From the NCBI GenBank assembly GCA_965649765.1, contig OZ287750.1, positions 6,324,001 to 6,388,000 of the forward strand: a DNA stretch of 64,000 nucleotides, read 5' to 3'. Below the pieces are notes generated by a model, which was given only the letters and a program-made list of their open reading frames with translations, searched no databases and was not told the DNA's origin. The position numbers and the translations under genes are program-made. Origin of the DNA: Bispira polyomma. Lineage: Eukaryota. How positions within the stretch are numbered: position 1 is the first letter of the stretch; each line of letters opens with the position of its first letter. Shown here piece after piece: positions 21,050 to 33,869 of this stretch.

Positions 21050-24000
21050 TAGAGCCAGAGGCCGAAATTGTGGAAGAGACTCAGAATGACACTCAGCAGA
21101 GGAAGAACTTCAGCAGATGAAGAACTTCAAGATCTTTCGCAGACCCAGAGCCAGACCAAAAAGTTGCAAGGAAGAGAAGCCAGCTAGTGAAATTAACAAA
21201 CACACAGGAGGACGATTTATTAGATTGGTTGAGGAACTGTCTGGAGTTGTGGTCATGGGCCTCTAAGATTGTGCATATCCGGCAGCCAGATAAGATGCCA
21301 ATGTGGGCACAAAAGGCAGCCGAATATGACAAGACTGGTGAGTATTCATTTTATTTTCTTTGATTTACCTGTTAATTATAATGTATTCTACAGCCTCAGT
21401 TAACCGTTCAAGTGGTTGGAATAAATTTTTGTTTGGATAATTGGATTGATGTGTTGAAATATGTTGGAGATTATCTTGATATTATATATCATTTCATATG
21501 TCATTGTTCCCCCATTTTTATCAAGATGGTTCCATCTTTATTACGCTATAGAAAAAGGCAAACTTGTATGATAGCACTTTCTACCATCTCTTATGTTATT
21601 TCCACTTCATTTTTGTACTTAAGATTATATGGTACTAAGGACGAGCACCATGTTATAATATAATATATCTATATATATCTTTTATTTATTTGTTAAATAC
21701 GTCAAGTACTTTGGTCTAGTAATTACCGCATTTTTCCTTATATCTTTCCTCGCTTGAATTGACATGTCTTGACAGATATATATACAAGCAAAACCATGGG
21801 TTTGCGAATATATATATATATAACATTTTTATGTATAGGTTTTGTCATTTCTTCTAAATCACCATAACACACCCCTTCTGACTTTGGTTTCGACCACTAG
21901 AGGTCGACACACTACAGTCTTTTTTTTGTAAACAAGGAAGACCTTAAACAGAAGATAAATACCATTTTAATTACTGATAAGAAGTGGCGAATAGAAAACA
22001 AATTGCCTTGATTTGATAAAAATACTATTATTACATGCAAGTTTGACAACCTTATATGCACATATAGTTGCTTTAATCCATTAAAATTTATTTAGTTTGT
22101 GAGACTTTGATAGCTTTCATAATGGCCATATTTGTTGTATAAATAGTTGTACACAATGATCAAATATGGCGACCAAACTCATATCTTAGACAAGTCGGTC
22201 ATTGGCTAAAAATCTAGGCCGTTTCCAATGCGCATGCGCTGTAAGGTCTAAGGTGAGACCTCTTTGAAGAGATTAATTGATTTTTAATCCGCCAATCAGG
22301 AAACTCGCCCCATCTGTGTACTTGAGGCACCCTGCGAGCATATGTATATATACATTTGAAGCAAATGTATAGCAAGTATTGAGAGAACTGTCAACAAGAC
22401 ATGATTATCTATCTGTATATATCAATATATATTCCATCATTGTTCAATATACTTCTGAGTATCTGTAATATAAAAAACATTTTCTCTACAAATTTGCAAA
22501 TACCTTCAAAGCAGGTACGTTTGCCATTCATAAAATTCTTATTTCGTCTTCATTTTATTTTCATAATATGTTCTTTATTGAAGTTCTATATATGACCACA
22601 AATATATGTTTTCTCAGGTATCCGAGAGAGTTGAATTTCCTTATATGGGAGTTGGTTCTTGTGCATGCTTCCAATATACGTCGGGTCCTTGATATATATA
22701 TTTCCTGCTTTCGGCAAGTTCCGTGAATTGTATCCTCCTAAGGTATATGTGTAAATATAAGGTAATATATGCTGCCGATCATTGTTTACAACCAGAAGTG
22801 AGAGTAACCATATTTGAGAACTCGACGTACAACCAAAATATGCACATTTTATATAATATCCCCTTTATAAATGGCCTTAATAAATAACTTAACAGAAGAT
22901 AATATTTAAAATATAAGGATTCAGCAAATTAATTATTTAAATTGTCGGCAAAATAGCAAATTCGCTTATATTTGTAATTTTACCGGCTGTCGGCAAAATA
23001 CCTTGCTTAGTTTATAAAAGATAGCTTTACAATTTGATTCCCAAAAATAACATATTTCATTTCTAATTTTTGAAGTATTTTATTTCTAATTTCAAAGTTT
23101 TCTAAAGATTTCGGAACACAAGAAAGAAAGATAAACTATTTTGTCATACAAATACATATAGGATTTCTAAAATTTACCTGTTTATTAATTTCTTCAATTT
23201 GTTTTTCAAACATCTTATTTTATGTCCATGTGCTTCCCCAACTACGCAATGTTTATTTCTTAAGAAGTGTCACGTGTGTGTGGTCAGCCAATCAGAATCA
23301 CTGAAACAGTAACCATTGAAATTGCTTCATACTAACAGACATTAGGGTGAGCAAAAATATAAGATGTTTTGTACAGATGAGTTGAGCAATATAACTCCAT
23401 CTTCTCGACTAGTGACTAGTTTACTATTCTCATACTCTTCAGTAACTTGCCATCTTGATTTGTGGTAAGCACTGTCACCACTTTACCTAATGTTGCCCTC
23501 TATTATCTGGCCATAGTGAAGAAGTAGGGTATTGTTTGGATAAATAGATTGATGTGTTGAAATGTGTTAGAGAATATCTTGATATCATATGTCATTTTAT
23601 ATGTCATTTTAAATGTCATTGTTCGCCAATTTAATTAATCTAGCCCCCCCCCCCCCCTATTATCTGGCCATAGTTGAGGGGTAGGGTAATGTTTAGATAA
23701 TCACATTGATGTGTTGAAATGTGTTGGAGATTACCTTGATATTATATGTCATTTTAAATGTCATTGTTCCCCACTTTAATTAATCTGGCCCATCATATTA
23801 TATATCATTTTATATGTCATCTAGCCACTCATATTATATGTCATTTTATATGTCATTGTTTCCCACTTTAATTAAGCTAGAACCTCTATTATCTGGTCAT
23901 AGTGAACGAGTAAATTTTTGTTTGGATAATTGGATTAATGTGCTGAAATGTGTTGGAGATTATTTTGATAATATATATGTCATTTAATATGTCATTGTTC

Positions 24001-25320
24001 CCCCATTTCAATTAATGTAGACCCTCTATTATCCGACCATAGTGAGGGAGTATGGTATTGTTTGGATGATTAGATTTATGTGTTGTAATGTGTTGGAAAT
24101 TATCTTGATATTATATAGGTCATTGTTCCCCAAGCTTCAATTAATGTAGAGCCTCTATTATGCGACGATACTGACGGGGTAGGGTATTGTTTGGATAATT
24201 AGATTGGTGTGTTGAAATGTATTGGAGATTATCTTGATATTATATATGTCATTGTTTCCCAAGTTTCAAATAATGTAGACCCTCTATTATGCAACCATAC
24301 TGAGGGTTAGGGTATTGTTTGGATAATCAAATTGCTGTGTTGAAGTATGTGGGATATTATCTTGAAAATATCGCATGTTCCATTGCATCTTTTTCTCTAC
24401 AGGGGAACAATTGCTGCAGTGGTGGACCAATTTGTGTAATATCTATGGTCGCAACACAGACATTCCAGCTTCTGGATCTGCGCCTGCGATTGAGGGTGAA
24501 TTGGGTTGTGAGAAAGTGTGCCGATCCACTGAGCAATCCACTGATCAATCAAATGAGCGAGATAGTCAATCAGGATCCTTGGGTGATGTGCAAAGGTAGG
24601 ATAAACACACACTAGATTCTCAGTTATCGAGATCAAGTTCGCAAACCCCCACAGGGTCAACAGCTGGTAGTACCTCTATGAGTGAATCTATCAGTGGTAA
24701 GCTATTGCAGCAGCTGAATGACACTACGCACCTGGAGCTACAGATGAATGACCACTTCAAGGAGGTCAGGAGCAAGTAAACCGGTTGTCATGAGCCATTA
24801 TTTTTTAACATGTTCTCTACAGATGCTGAAGCCATCGAGGATTTCTATTGGTTAGACTGCAGAAAGGAGTTGTTACCTGTGGTTGATAGGTACCTGATGA
24901 GATCCACCCAGATATCTAGATTTCCACAACCGTTGGTCAGTGTGACCTTGTCAAGCGTTTTCAAGGCCAGTGGAAGTGTCAAACAGGCTCACCAGGCTGC
25001 GCTTAAATGGAAATGTCAACGTGGACATGTCCATGTTTAACCACAGTTATACCCCAGCTTCAGGCATTTTGACGGATAATTCCTTGTTGGACACACCTGC
25101 TTGGCCTGTTCAGACTCTTATGTCTAATTTCGGCACTACTGATGTTGTGTCTGTTGTGTCTACTTTCTCCAATGCTGGTGTTGTGCCCAAGATATGTAGT
25201 CCAACCCAGAAAACAGGTACCTCAGGGCCTGGTCTACACCTGCCTCGGTCTTCTTCTTCTGACCATACCTACCTGTTCCTGTTCCAAATATTGAGTGACA
25301 TTAAAAATGTTCCGCATTAG
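21050..25320 (+). pseudogene. MADF/Myb-like Harbinger accessory gene, two exons (..21337 and 24403..)
   Basis: QEDDLLDWLRNCLELWS...MWAQKAAEYDKT|GEQLLQWWTNLCNIYGR...SGSA; donor GTGAGT at 21338 and acceptor TCTCTACAG at 24402 are phase-compatible; downstream stops and frameshifts. Confidence 0.7.
23495..24365. repeat. About 130-bp minisatellite (6 copies, one more at about 21380-21520)
   Basis: Recurrent CTCTATTAT...TTGTTTGGATAAT...GTGTTGAAATGTGTTGGAGATTATCTTGATA. Confidence 0.9.
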
Positions 25321-26429
25321 TTGTACTTGAACCATCATAGCCTGTTGCATTACATGCAATTGCTCAAATACAAAGTTGAAAGCCATTGTTGAAATCGACT
25401 GAAGATCTGAAAAAAGGGTGAACAGTAGAATTAAATGCGAACAATGAGGAAATATGTATGATCGTCTCTTATATATACTACCCAGAAATAGCTGAAAAAC
25501 AGGGAAACGTCACAGACGTAACCATGCATGCCACACGCAATAAATCAAAGGGATACGTGAGGGATGTAACAGATGTAACTGAAGAGTGCCTGGAGCGTGA
25601 AGAAAGTGGTTGAAGCATAATAAGCGCATCCCAAATGTGGTAATCGCAATCAAAACGTAGAGGGATATGTAGCTAGAACGTATGAAATGTTTCCAGACGT
25701 AACAAATAACGTGTCCAGCGTCACAAGCATAATTAAACCGTCAGCTAAAAATCACATTCCATGAGTGTATATATGCACAAGAAGTGGGAGGAAAACAAAT
25801 TATTCTAACCTAAAGCGTAATGAATTGGACGTAATTATTGGCTTATGCTCCAAATTTTGACTTCGTTTACTTTCGTTCCCTCATGCTTGCAGAATTTTAA
25901 ACGTAAGTTAAACATGCTCAGTATGACCATGGCATTAGTCTCGGGATAGACACACCCTGGAGGACAACAATATTTTTTTCAATTTAAGATTATTCTGGCT
26001 TTCTGAACCTTCTAGCATTGAAACAGACCTCACACTCAATAAAGTTCATATATCAAGGAAAAATCTAAAATTTTATTATTTGCTGCGACTTTAAGCTTTG
26101 GTCTCTTGAACTTTGGTCTCTTGATTGTCACATATCTTGATGGCCCATGCCCACCATATGTTTTCAATATTCTTCTTTTGTAATCCTCTTTATGCCTTCA
26201 TGTGGAAAACAGTCTCAGATACTTGCCATGGATCGTTATACAGTGATTCAGCAAGACCATTGAATCTGGCCATTGTAATATGACCTGAGCTGTTGAAAGT
26301 GCCATAAAACCAACTAAATTCCGAATTTAGCAGTGCATTGCTGCATCTGCAGATTGCATTGCTGTTGTCCTCCAGCCAGAAGAAGATCCTGCCACTGAAT
26401 GTGTCAGTTGCTGTCATGTGATTAAGCAT

Positions 26430-26935
26430 GTGACTGTGGATACAATTAGTGCTTGCTGTTGAGACTTGTCATGCTGTGATTAAATGAGAAAGCAGGATCA
26501 TTAGTGACACCCAAGTTTGTGGCCTGGTCTGAAGGTTCAATATCATTGCCCATTAGTGTCATTGGGAATAGTGATCTTAAGTAATTATTGTGTTTCTTGT
26601 TGCCTATTAGGATGAATTCAGTTTTATCTGGGTTTGAATTCAATTTGGAGTAATTAATCCATAATATAATATATCAGACTTTTTAGTGCTTAGTTCCATG
26701 CCTGAACTCAGGAAAGACAATCAGCAAGTAGATCAAGGTTGTTTCCAGCATTTAGGGTTTAGAGAAAGATAGATTTGACTGTCATCGGCATACATGTGAT
26801 TTTTAACATTGTGATTGTTGATGACTGTACTGGGAGGATGTGTATAGAGGGTAAAAAGTAGAGGGCCAAGAACCGACCCCTGGGGTACTCTGAAAGGTAG
26901 GTTAAAAGAGGATGAAAAGTGGTCAGCCAAATTCA
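26430..26935 (-). mobile_element. L2 LINE RT fragment
   Basis: [37 protein letters not shown]. Confidence 0.9.
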
Positions 26936-26939
26936 TATA

Positions 26940-27200
26940 ATTTATTATTATTATTATTATGCATTATTATGCGCTTTATTGATGGCATCTTCTAAAGTGC
27001 AACGGCACAATCAGTGATCCAATTGTCAAGTCCATGGGCATAGAAAGGTCGTAAGATTAGGGGGTTTAACAACTGGTTAATGAGAAAGCAACCAGACTGG
27101 GTGTTAACCCACCCTGTAGTGTCCGGCGGCAAGGGGCGCAACTCTCTTTCACCTTTTACAAGGTGGAGTGTGCCGTAGCCCATAGGATTTTTGATATCCG
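26940..27200 (-). mobile_element. SINE-like 3' portion with L2-derived tail
   Basis: Last about 110 nt resemble the L2 3' UTR at 8079-8195; (AAT)n tail; the upstream part is GC-richer and not L2-coding. Confidence 0.55.
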
Positions 27201-27270
27201 ATTAACTTTAGGAGACAACAGTTTGAGACAAATTTTCTATACATTACTTTATTAGATTGAGTTATATTTT

Positions 27271-27527
27271 TGTAGCATTCGTGAGAGTTGTCATATTGAT
27301 AACTCACAAGCTCTGATGTTTAGTACGTCCCCGAATTTGGTGATCGACAGAACCGAAAGTCCACGCATGCACAGAAGCTGTAATACGCCGCCAGACAAGT
27401 GACCACAGAGACTTCAAAGTGATCAATCAAACAGAACACATGTAAGAATCCCCTTTGGTTTGTATTATAATTATTAATGTAATGTATATCACAGTATAGT
27501 GTAATATTATAGTTATAAAATGCAACA
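27271..27527 (+). repeat. 5' LTR
   Basis: Diverged direct repeat of 31343-31597. Confidence 0.9.
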
Positions 27528-30500
27528 TTGGTACCAGTGTGACATTAATGTACTGTCATTATGTAAAGTGTAACATTTTTATGCTTGTGATTTTTGAACA
27601 TTGAGTTGATACAGTTGAGTGATTTTGGGAGATATTTTGTGAAAAGTCTTTGAATATATTGTGGAAGTGTCTGATAATGTATACTGAAATATCGGCAATA
27701 ATTTCAGTACTGTTTTGGTGCATAGTGAATTGATTATGGAAACTGTGAAAATTGATAAATTTTGAGGGAGCACATGGTTGTAGTTGGATGGATAGTGAGT
27801 GATAATTGGTGTTGATTCTATAACTTTAAGATCAACTGTATTTATATATTGATACACTGTCATAAACATAAAATTTAATATTAGTCACAGTAAAGTTTTG
27901 GTGACACATTGTGCATGAATTGATATTTGAAAATATAAACAGTGCGTTCCATGGAATATTTTTGTGCATGACAATCGGCATATATAAGTTTGCTTTGAAT
28001 AACCAAGAACAAAATTGGCTATGTCAATGCATGTTGAGAATTAGTAAGTAGTAGTACAGAGGAGGTTTCAAATAGTAACAAAAAAGTGATGACAAGTATG
28101 TTGACTGTTTCTGACGATTTTGGAGTTGACTCAAGGCAGATGGTGGGTGCTTTTGAGAAAATGTCTTGTGAGGTATGTCATAGTCTGAAAATAGTTCAAA
28201 AGGAGATAGGTTGTCACATTAATATTGTGACACAGGAAGTGAGTCATAAGGTTGGGAAGATTTCACAGAGAGTGGATGATAAGGTAGATGAGATGTCAAA
28301 GAAGGTAAGTGATAGTTTTGGCGAAGTGTTACAAAAACTTAGTGACACTACTCAAGTTATTCTACTCATGGATAGTAGAGTTACAAAACTTGAAGGACTG
28401 GATAAAGAAACAGTGCCCAAGTGCCCAATGGAGAGGTAAGACATAAAGTACCAATCGTGATCCAGTCTTTGAATTAGATGATTTAAAACAAGAAAGTTTA
28501 AAATTACAGTGAGAGTTTGCTTTTATAGAGGACATCAGGAATCGTTAGCATTCAGCAAAAGTAGGTAAGAGGAAGAAAGATTTGCAAGGTCAGTTGGTCC
28601 AGTTGTCGTGAAAATATGACCAAGTTATGGAAGAAGGTAACACAATTACTGCTATGACTGATTATTGGTTTAAAAAGAACAAACCACCACCAGTGCTAAG
28701 TCCTAGGTACAAGCCACTACAATGCAAGGGAGTGCAGATGTCGTTTTTTTAATGTTTCATGGAGGTGATGTAACAAGGAGTTATTCAGGTATGTCAAGGA
28801 TGAGTGATTGGCTTGCCATGTCCACTATAGTGAGTGTTGACATCATCTCCAGGTATGTTGACTACACAGGTGACATTCATGTATTCTAGACCTATTGTAA
28901 GCAGTGTTCTATATATGACGCTTGCTGAGCAGTATGCCTAGTCATAACTGGAACGAGTACAGAGGTTTATGTTATCATTATCAGGTAAGGCATTTGAATT
29001 AAATGTTGATTTGCCTGAAACCTGTAAACGAAGTTTTGAAGAAATTAAGAAAGCATTTGCTCAACTGCAAGAAGTCAGCTTTAAAACATTCAGCATAATT
29101 CAAATGAGGATTTGGAGGAATTTTCAGATAGGGTTAACAAGTTAGTGGTTAGAGGTTTTCCTGAAATTGAAATGAATGAGTGTATTCAACATGCAAAGAT
29201 GGTTTTTGGAAATATGGTGAGTGTAGTCTGCGTGGAAGATTTAAGTACTATGTTAAAGCAGTCTCTGAAGGCTATGTCTGTTTAGAGTGGTAAAACTGGT
29301 GAGTTTGAACAAATGAGATCTAAACTGTGACAATTGGAAAAGGGAGTGAATCGATCTCCAATTTCTAATATGAAGTGCTTTAGATGTGGAGATTTTGGTC
29401 ATCTTACCCGGGATTGTAAAACATCTACTGTTTCTCCTAGGAATAGAACTGTCAGGGGTTATGAGGTGGTGAGTATGGTCATTTTAGAAGAGAATCTTCC
29501 GGGAATCAGAGGTATTCCCCCGATCAAAGGAGGCAAAGGGGTGTTAATTACTCCCCAAATTATTGTAGGAATCCAAAAATTTGTGGTAATAGTGTGAAGG
29601 CTGTTGTGGATACTGCGGCACAGGTGACTGTAATGAGTAACAGTTTGTATACAAAATTGAAAAATCATTGCCTAAACCACAAGAACAGTTAAATTTAGGT
29701 TTGCAGGTGTTGCAAATATTTTACAGCTTTTGTTTTGGGTAAAGTTAAAATACAGTTGGGTAATACTGTGTGTGTTCAAAATGTGTTTGTGGCTAATATA
29801 ACTGATGATCTATTGTTGGGTTTGAACTTCATATTGAAAGATGAGATTATTTTGAATTAAAATGAGTGTATTTTGCAAATCAATGATAATACTGTGCAAG
29901 TGTCCACCATGAGGAATGAATTTTAAAAAGAGTATTGTGTTTGTAGAGTGACTTTGTTAAATAAAGAAGTTGTACCGCAGCAGTCTGTGAAGAATATCAA
30001 ATGTGTGCTGCGAACCAGGTAAATATCCTATGATTCTGCCTTTAGTTGATTTGCTTGTTCTTTTACCGTGTTGCTTGATCTGTTTTGGTGATTCAGTTAT
30101 TCAAGTTGTCAATGATTTAGATCATGAAATTTGCATGAAAAGGGTTATTGTGTTGCAATTGCTATTGAAGTACAGGACTTTTTGCAGAGCATGATTTAGT
30201 TAGGTCAGAAAATTGGCCTGATACTTTTCAGGCATGTACTAACATAATACATGAAGCCATCAATGCTGACTCTAAAGGTGAACAATTGGAATCAACTCAT
30301 GTGTTGACTCCTGAGTTGGACAATTTTAGTAAGGTTGATATTGGACAAGTTCAGTTGTCTGACACTGACAAAAGTTTACCAGGATTTTTGACACAGTTAT
30401 TTGACAAAGCTAGTGCATTTTTAATTGATAGTCAAAAATAGACATTGAAATCTGTGTTGATAGATTATGTTTTTGCTGAGACTGACAGTGATATCGGTTG

Positions 30501-30829
30501 TCTTTAGGAGACAAAACATAAAATAGATACTGTTGATCACAAACCAGTCAGACAGGGTTATGAGAAGGGTACCTTTGGGGTTTTGAACAGAAGGTGGCAG
30601 GTTTGCAGGACATTAGCGTTCATACCGTTTTAAAATTGACAAAGGAGAATGCAGAGGAGTTTTTCGGGTTAAAGAGGTTTTATTAATATTTAGTTGTTTA
30701 GTCTGTGAATTGAGAAAATAAGAAGTGTACGTGTTTGGACAGAAATATTAACAGTGTAATTATGTGTTTGTGTAGGGTAGATTTTTGTGCTTTGTTAGAC
30801 CATTCATGTAGTTATTGGTGTAGTTGTCA

Positions 30830-31072
30830 CTGCACTGGCAGAATGGAACAGGTTGCCACAAAATGTCAGATTCCAGCAGACACTATCAGGTTTTCAAAGC
30901 CAGCTTAGGACTCACTTCACTATAGCATATCCCCCACCTTGGTTACTTCCCAGTTGGCGCTCACTTAGTAACGACCTTCGCTTGATAAAGGACAATCGCT
31001 TTTCGAATTCAGCGCATTAGAAGATTTTTATCAATTTTGCGCTATATAAATGCTTCTATTTTTATTATTATT
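30830..31072 (+). mobile_element. LINE (CR1/L2) 3' end nested in the Gypsy element
   Basis: EWNRLPQNVR...GFQSQLRTH then UTR and (ATT)n tail. Confidence 0.7.
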
Positions 31073-31342
31073 CTCTCCTTAGGAGACTTTCTAATTTAGT
31101 AATGTGGTAGAGTAAGCGACTGTGAAACGTTGGAGCCTCACAGGATCAACAAGATACGGGTAAAGGGAGCAGGCTGTGCAAAGTTGTTGGATTTAACCGT
31201 AACTGTGTGAGTTACCTAAAAGTAGACTTGAGTGTTAAAGTGAATCTTTATTTGCAGTATAGTGTTTCAATATCAGAAAAGAACCTAAGCGTTAGATCTG
31301 TTAAAGTGAAAGAGTATTCTTCAAAAAGAAAACACAGAGTAG

Positions 31343-31597
31343 TGTAATATTCACAAAAGTTGTCATATTGATAACTCACGAGTTCTAATGTTTTTTATAT
31401 TTCCGAATTCGGTGATCGACACAACCGGAAGTCTGCACATGCACAGAAGCTGTAATACGTCACCAGACAAGTGACTGCAGGGACTTTGAAGTTATTAATC
31501 AAACAGAACACGTCAGAATCCTCTTTGGTTCATATTATAGTTATTAATATAATGTATATCACAGTATAGTGTAATATTATAGTTATAAAATACAACA
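31343..31597 (+). repeat. 3' LTR
   Basis: Diverged direct repeat of 27271-27527. Confidence 0.9.
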
Positions 31598-32659
31598 TAT
31601 TACACAAATCTGCTGGCCTTGTGTTATTTTCAGATAGAGGAGAGATTCATAATGTGCATCAGGATACCCAGATTTATACTAGCAAGCTTTGGTAAGAAGA
31701 TATGCTTTGTTGTATACAGTTTGGTCTTTGTTTGCAAGTTAATTTTTAAGGGGATTATATGCCATGTCAGAAGAATTTCTAGAAAATTAGTAAATCTATA
31801 AGTTCAGTAACTTTATATATTATTACAATATATTACTATGCAGTCGATGACAGTAGACTGTTTTAAAATCAACCTGTACAGTTAGTATCCATTATTTGTT
31901 TTATTCATAATTGAACTTTATGCTATCTTGTGCACCTATTTTGTGCTGTTACAACTCATGCATCAGCTTCATAACAACACTAGATTTTACATAGCGTTCG
32001 GCCAAGAACTCTGACACAGCTATAGCTATATATAACTTGACTGTATATAAGACATACTTGTGGCAAATAAGCCTTTGACACCTTTCATCACCAACTCCAA
32101 GAGAATAAGTAAGTACCTGTAAGAACTACAGTACGAATTCTGGCTGGTACGAATTCTGTACAATAAATCAAATTATATAGAAATACCAAGTAATACACGA
32201 AAAAAAACTTAACTAAGATAAATACTTAATAAAGGTCCCATCAAGTACGTAAATACCATAAAATGCAATTACAAATTAAATAACCATTAATTAAATTATT
32301 TTGAAATTAAACTGACTTACATCTAATCATATGGGTGGTTATTTTGACATCACACAATCTCAAACTAAGAAATTATTATATAAATTACTTTACACTACCA
32401 AATGTCTTCTTACTGAGAAAGGTGACAAAATATGTAAGTAATTTTAATTTAAATGTATAACCAAACTGTCCAGAATTCATGCCACTTGGCTTGGTCTATA
32501 AACAAATTTAAAACGTTATTTCAAAGAATCTGTTAAAATATTTTTCATGGATAATTAAGCATGTTTTAAATGTGCAAATTTCAGTACATTTTACTTTTTA
32601 TTATATCTGATGTGACATACTTAATCTAGATCTAGCGCATTGGAGAACCGATGCATATT

Positions 32660-33750
32660 TGTGTCCACCAAAAAGACAAAGCACCAGCGGTAGCAAACAC
32701 TCTAGCTAGCATCCAAGCTAGAAGCCCATGATTTCCTACAAGGCATTTATCCTAAAGTCATAAATTGCACAAGTGAGTTTGACATTGCAAACTGTGGAAC
32801 CAATAATAAGTCTGTAATAGGCACTTTAAAGTTTGGCGTACCCGTTTGACCTTGCACGAGGGATCCAAGGTTAAATGTGACTAATAGATTAGCAGCCTAT
32901 GATTTTCTGTAGGTTGGTTTCACATCCCAAACCTCTATGACCATGATTTTCTTAGGTTATTTTCACATTCCAAATATTTAGGACCAATAATAAGCACTTT
33001 TAAATTTGGCTACCCTTATTTAACCTTCAAGGAGGGGCCAGGGTCAAACCTGGGCACATCAGAAGACTCCCAGCCCATGATTTTCTGTAGGTTGCTTTCA
33101 CATCCCAAAACTGTAGAACCAATAATAAGCGAGTTATAAGCACTTTTAAGTTAGGCCACCTGCATGTGACCTTGAAGGAGGGGCCCAAGGTCAAATCTGA
33201 CAACATCAGACGATTCCCAGCCCATGATTACTTATTAGTTGGTTTCACATTGCAAACCTGTAGGACCAATAATAAGCAAGCTATAAGCACTTTTAAGTTT
33301 GGCTATCATCGTTTGACCTTGAAGAAGGGGCCCAATGTCAAATCTGCCCATATCAGAAGACTCACAGCCCATGATTTTCTATAGGTTGGCTTCCGTGGAT
33401 GACCTTGAATGAACTCTGTTGATGATCTTGAATGAAGAGCTTTATAGTCAACTGTCTATGTTTGTAGAGGACATATATATCTGTTATACATGTCAGCTAT
33501 GAAGAAATTCAACCTTCTAGTTACGAGAACCAGCCAATAGAAAAAGGTAGATAATTTTCAAAGAAATGCCCATGGCGGCCATCTTGTTTTTCAGAATGAG
33601 GCTTATTTCAGTCGCAGAGATGCTTACCTCCCAATAAAGATATTCTTCAAATTTGGTGAAGCTAGCTGGTCTAGTTTTCCGCTGAGAGTGTTAACAGCGA
33701 AAATCTCTCTACGACAGCGGTGTAGTGAACGCTAAACCAAAGGATACAAT
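32660..33750. mobile_element. Non-autonomous Helentron-like element with about 147-bp internal tandem repeats
   Basis: ACCAATAATAAG...TGACCTTGAAGGAGGGGCCCAAGGTCAAATCTG unit recurs from 32799 to 33390; family assignment is by architecture only. Confidence 0.55.
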
Positions 33751-33869
33751 TAAGTAAAACCATGAAATTCTGTCTAGAATTCATACCACCAGTGTAGTGT
33801 TAATTTGGGTTTATAGTACCACTGGTTGCAAGTTGGTGTCATGCCTCCTCCATGTTGCCTTCACGTGTT

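Larger units (their letters stand above)
18188..25934 (+). mobile_element. Long non-autonomous Harbinger derivative carrying a MADF-like gene remnant and nested insertions
   Basis: TIRs TGCCGTGGTCACACTGGGC (18188) / GCTCAGTATGACCATGGCA (to 25934), 16/19 match, flanks TCA/TTA; same TIR as the MITE at 15618. Confidence 0.7.
27271..31597 (+). mobile_element. Internally deleted, decayed Gypsy/Ty3 LTR retrotransposon
   Basis: TG..CA LTRs at 27271-27527 and 31343-31597, PBS-like TGGTACCAG, purine tract before the 3' LTR, zinc knuckle CFRCGDFGHLTRDC, protease AVVDTAAQVT, start of RT (KHKIDT.DHKPVRQ); RT core and integrase absent. Confidence 0.88.

Noticed and set aside
26190-26429. Possible coding remnant (FNSSGHITMARFNGLAESLYNDPWQV)
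   Set aside because: No family motif I can recognise and no supporting exons; left unannotated.
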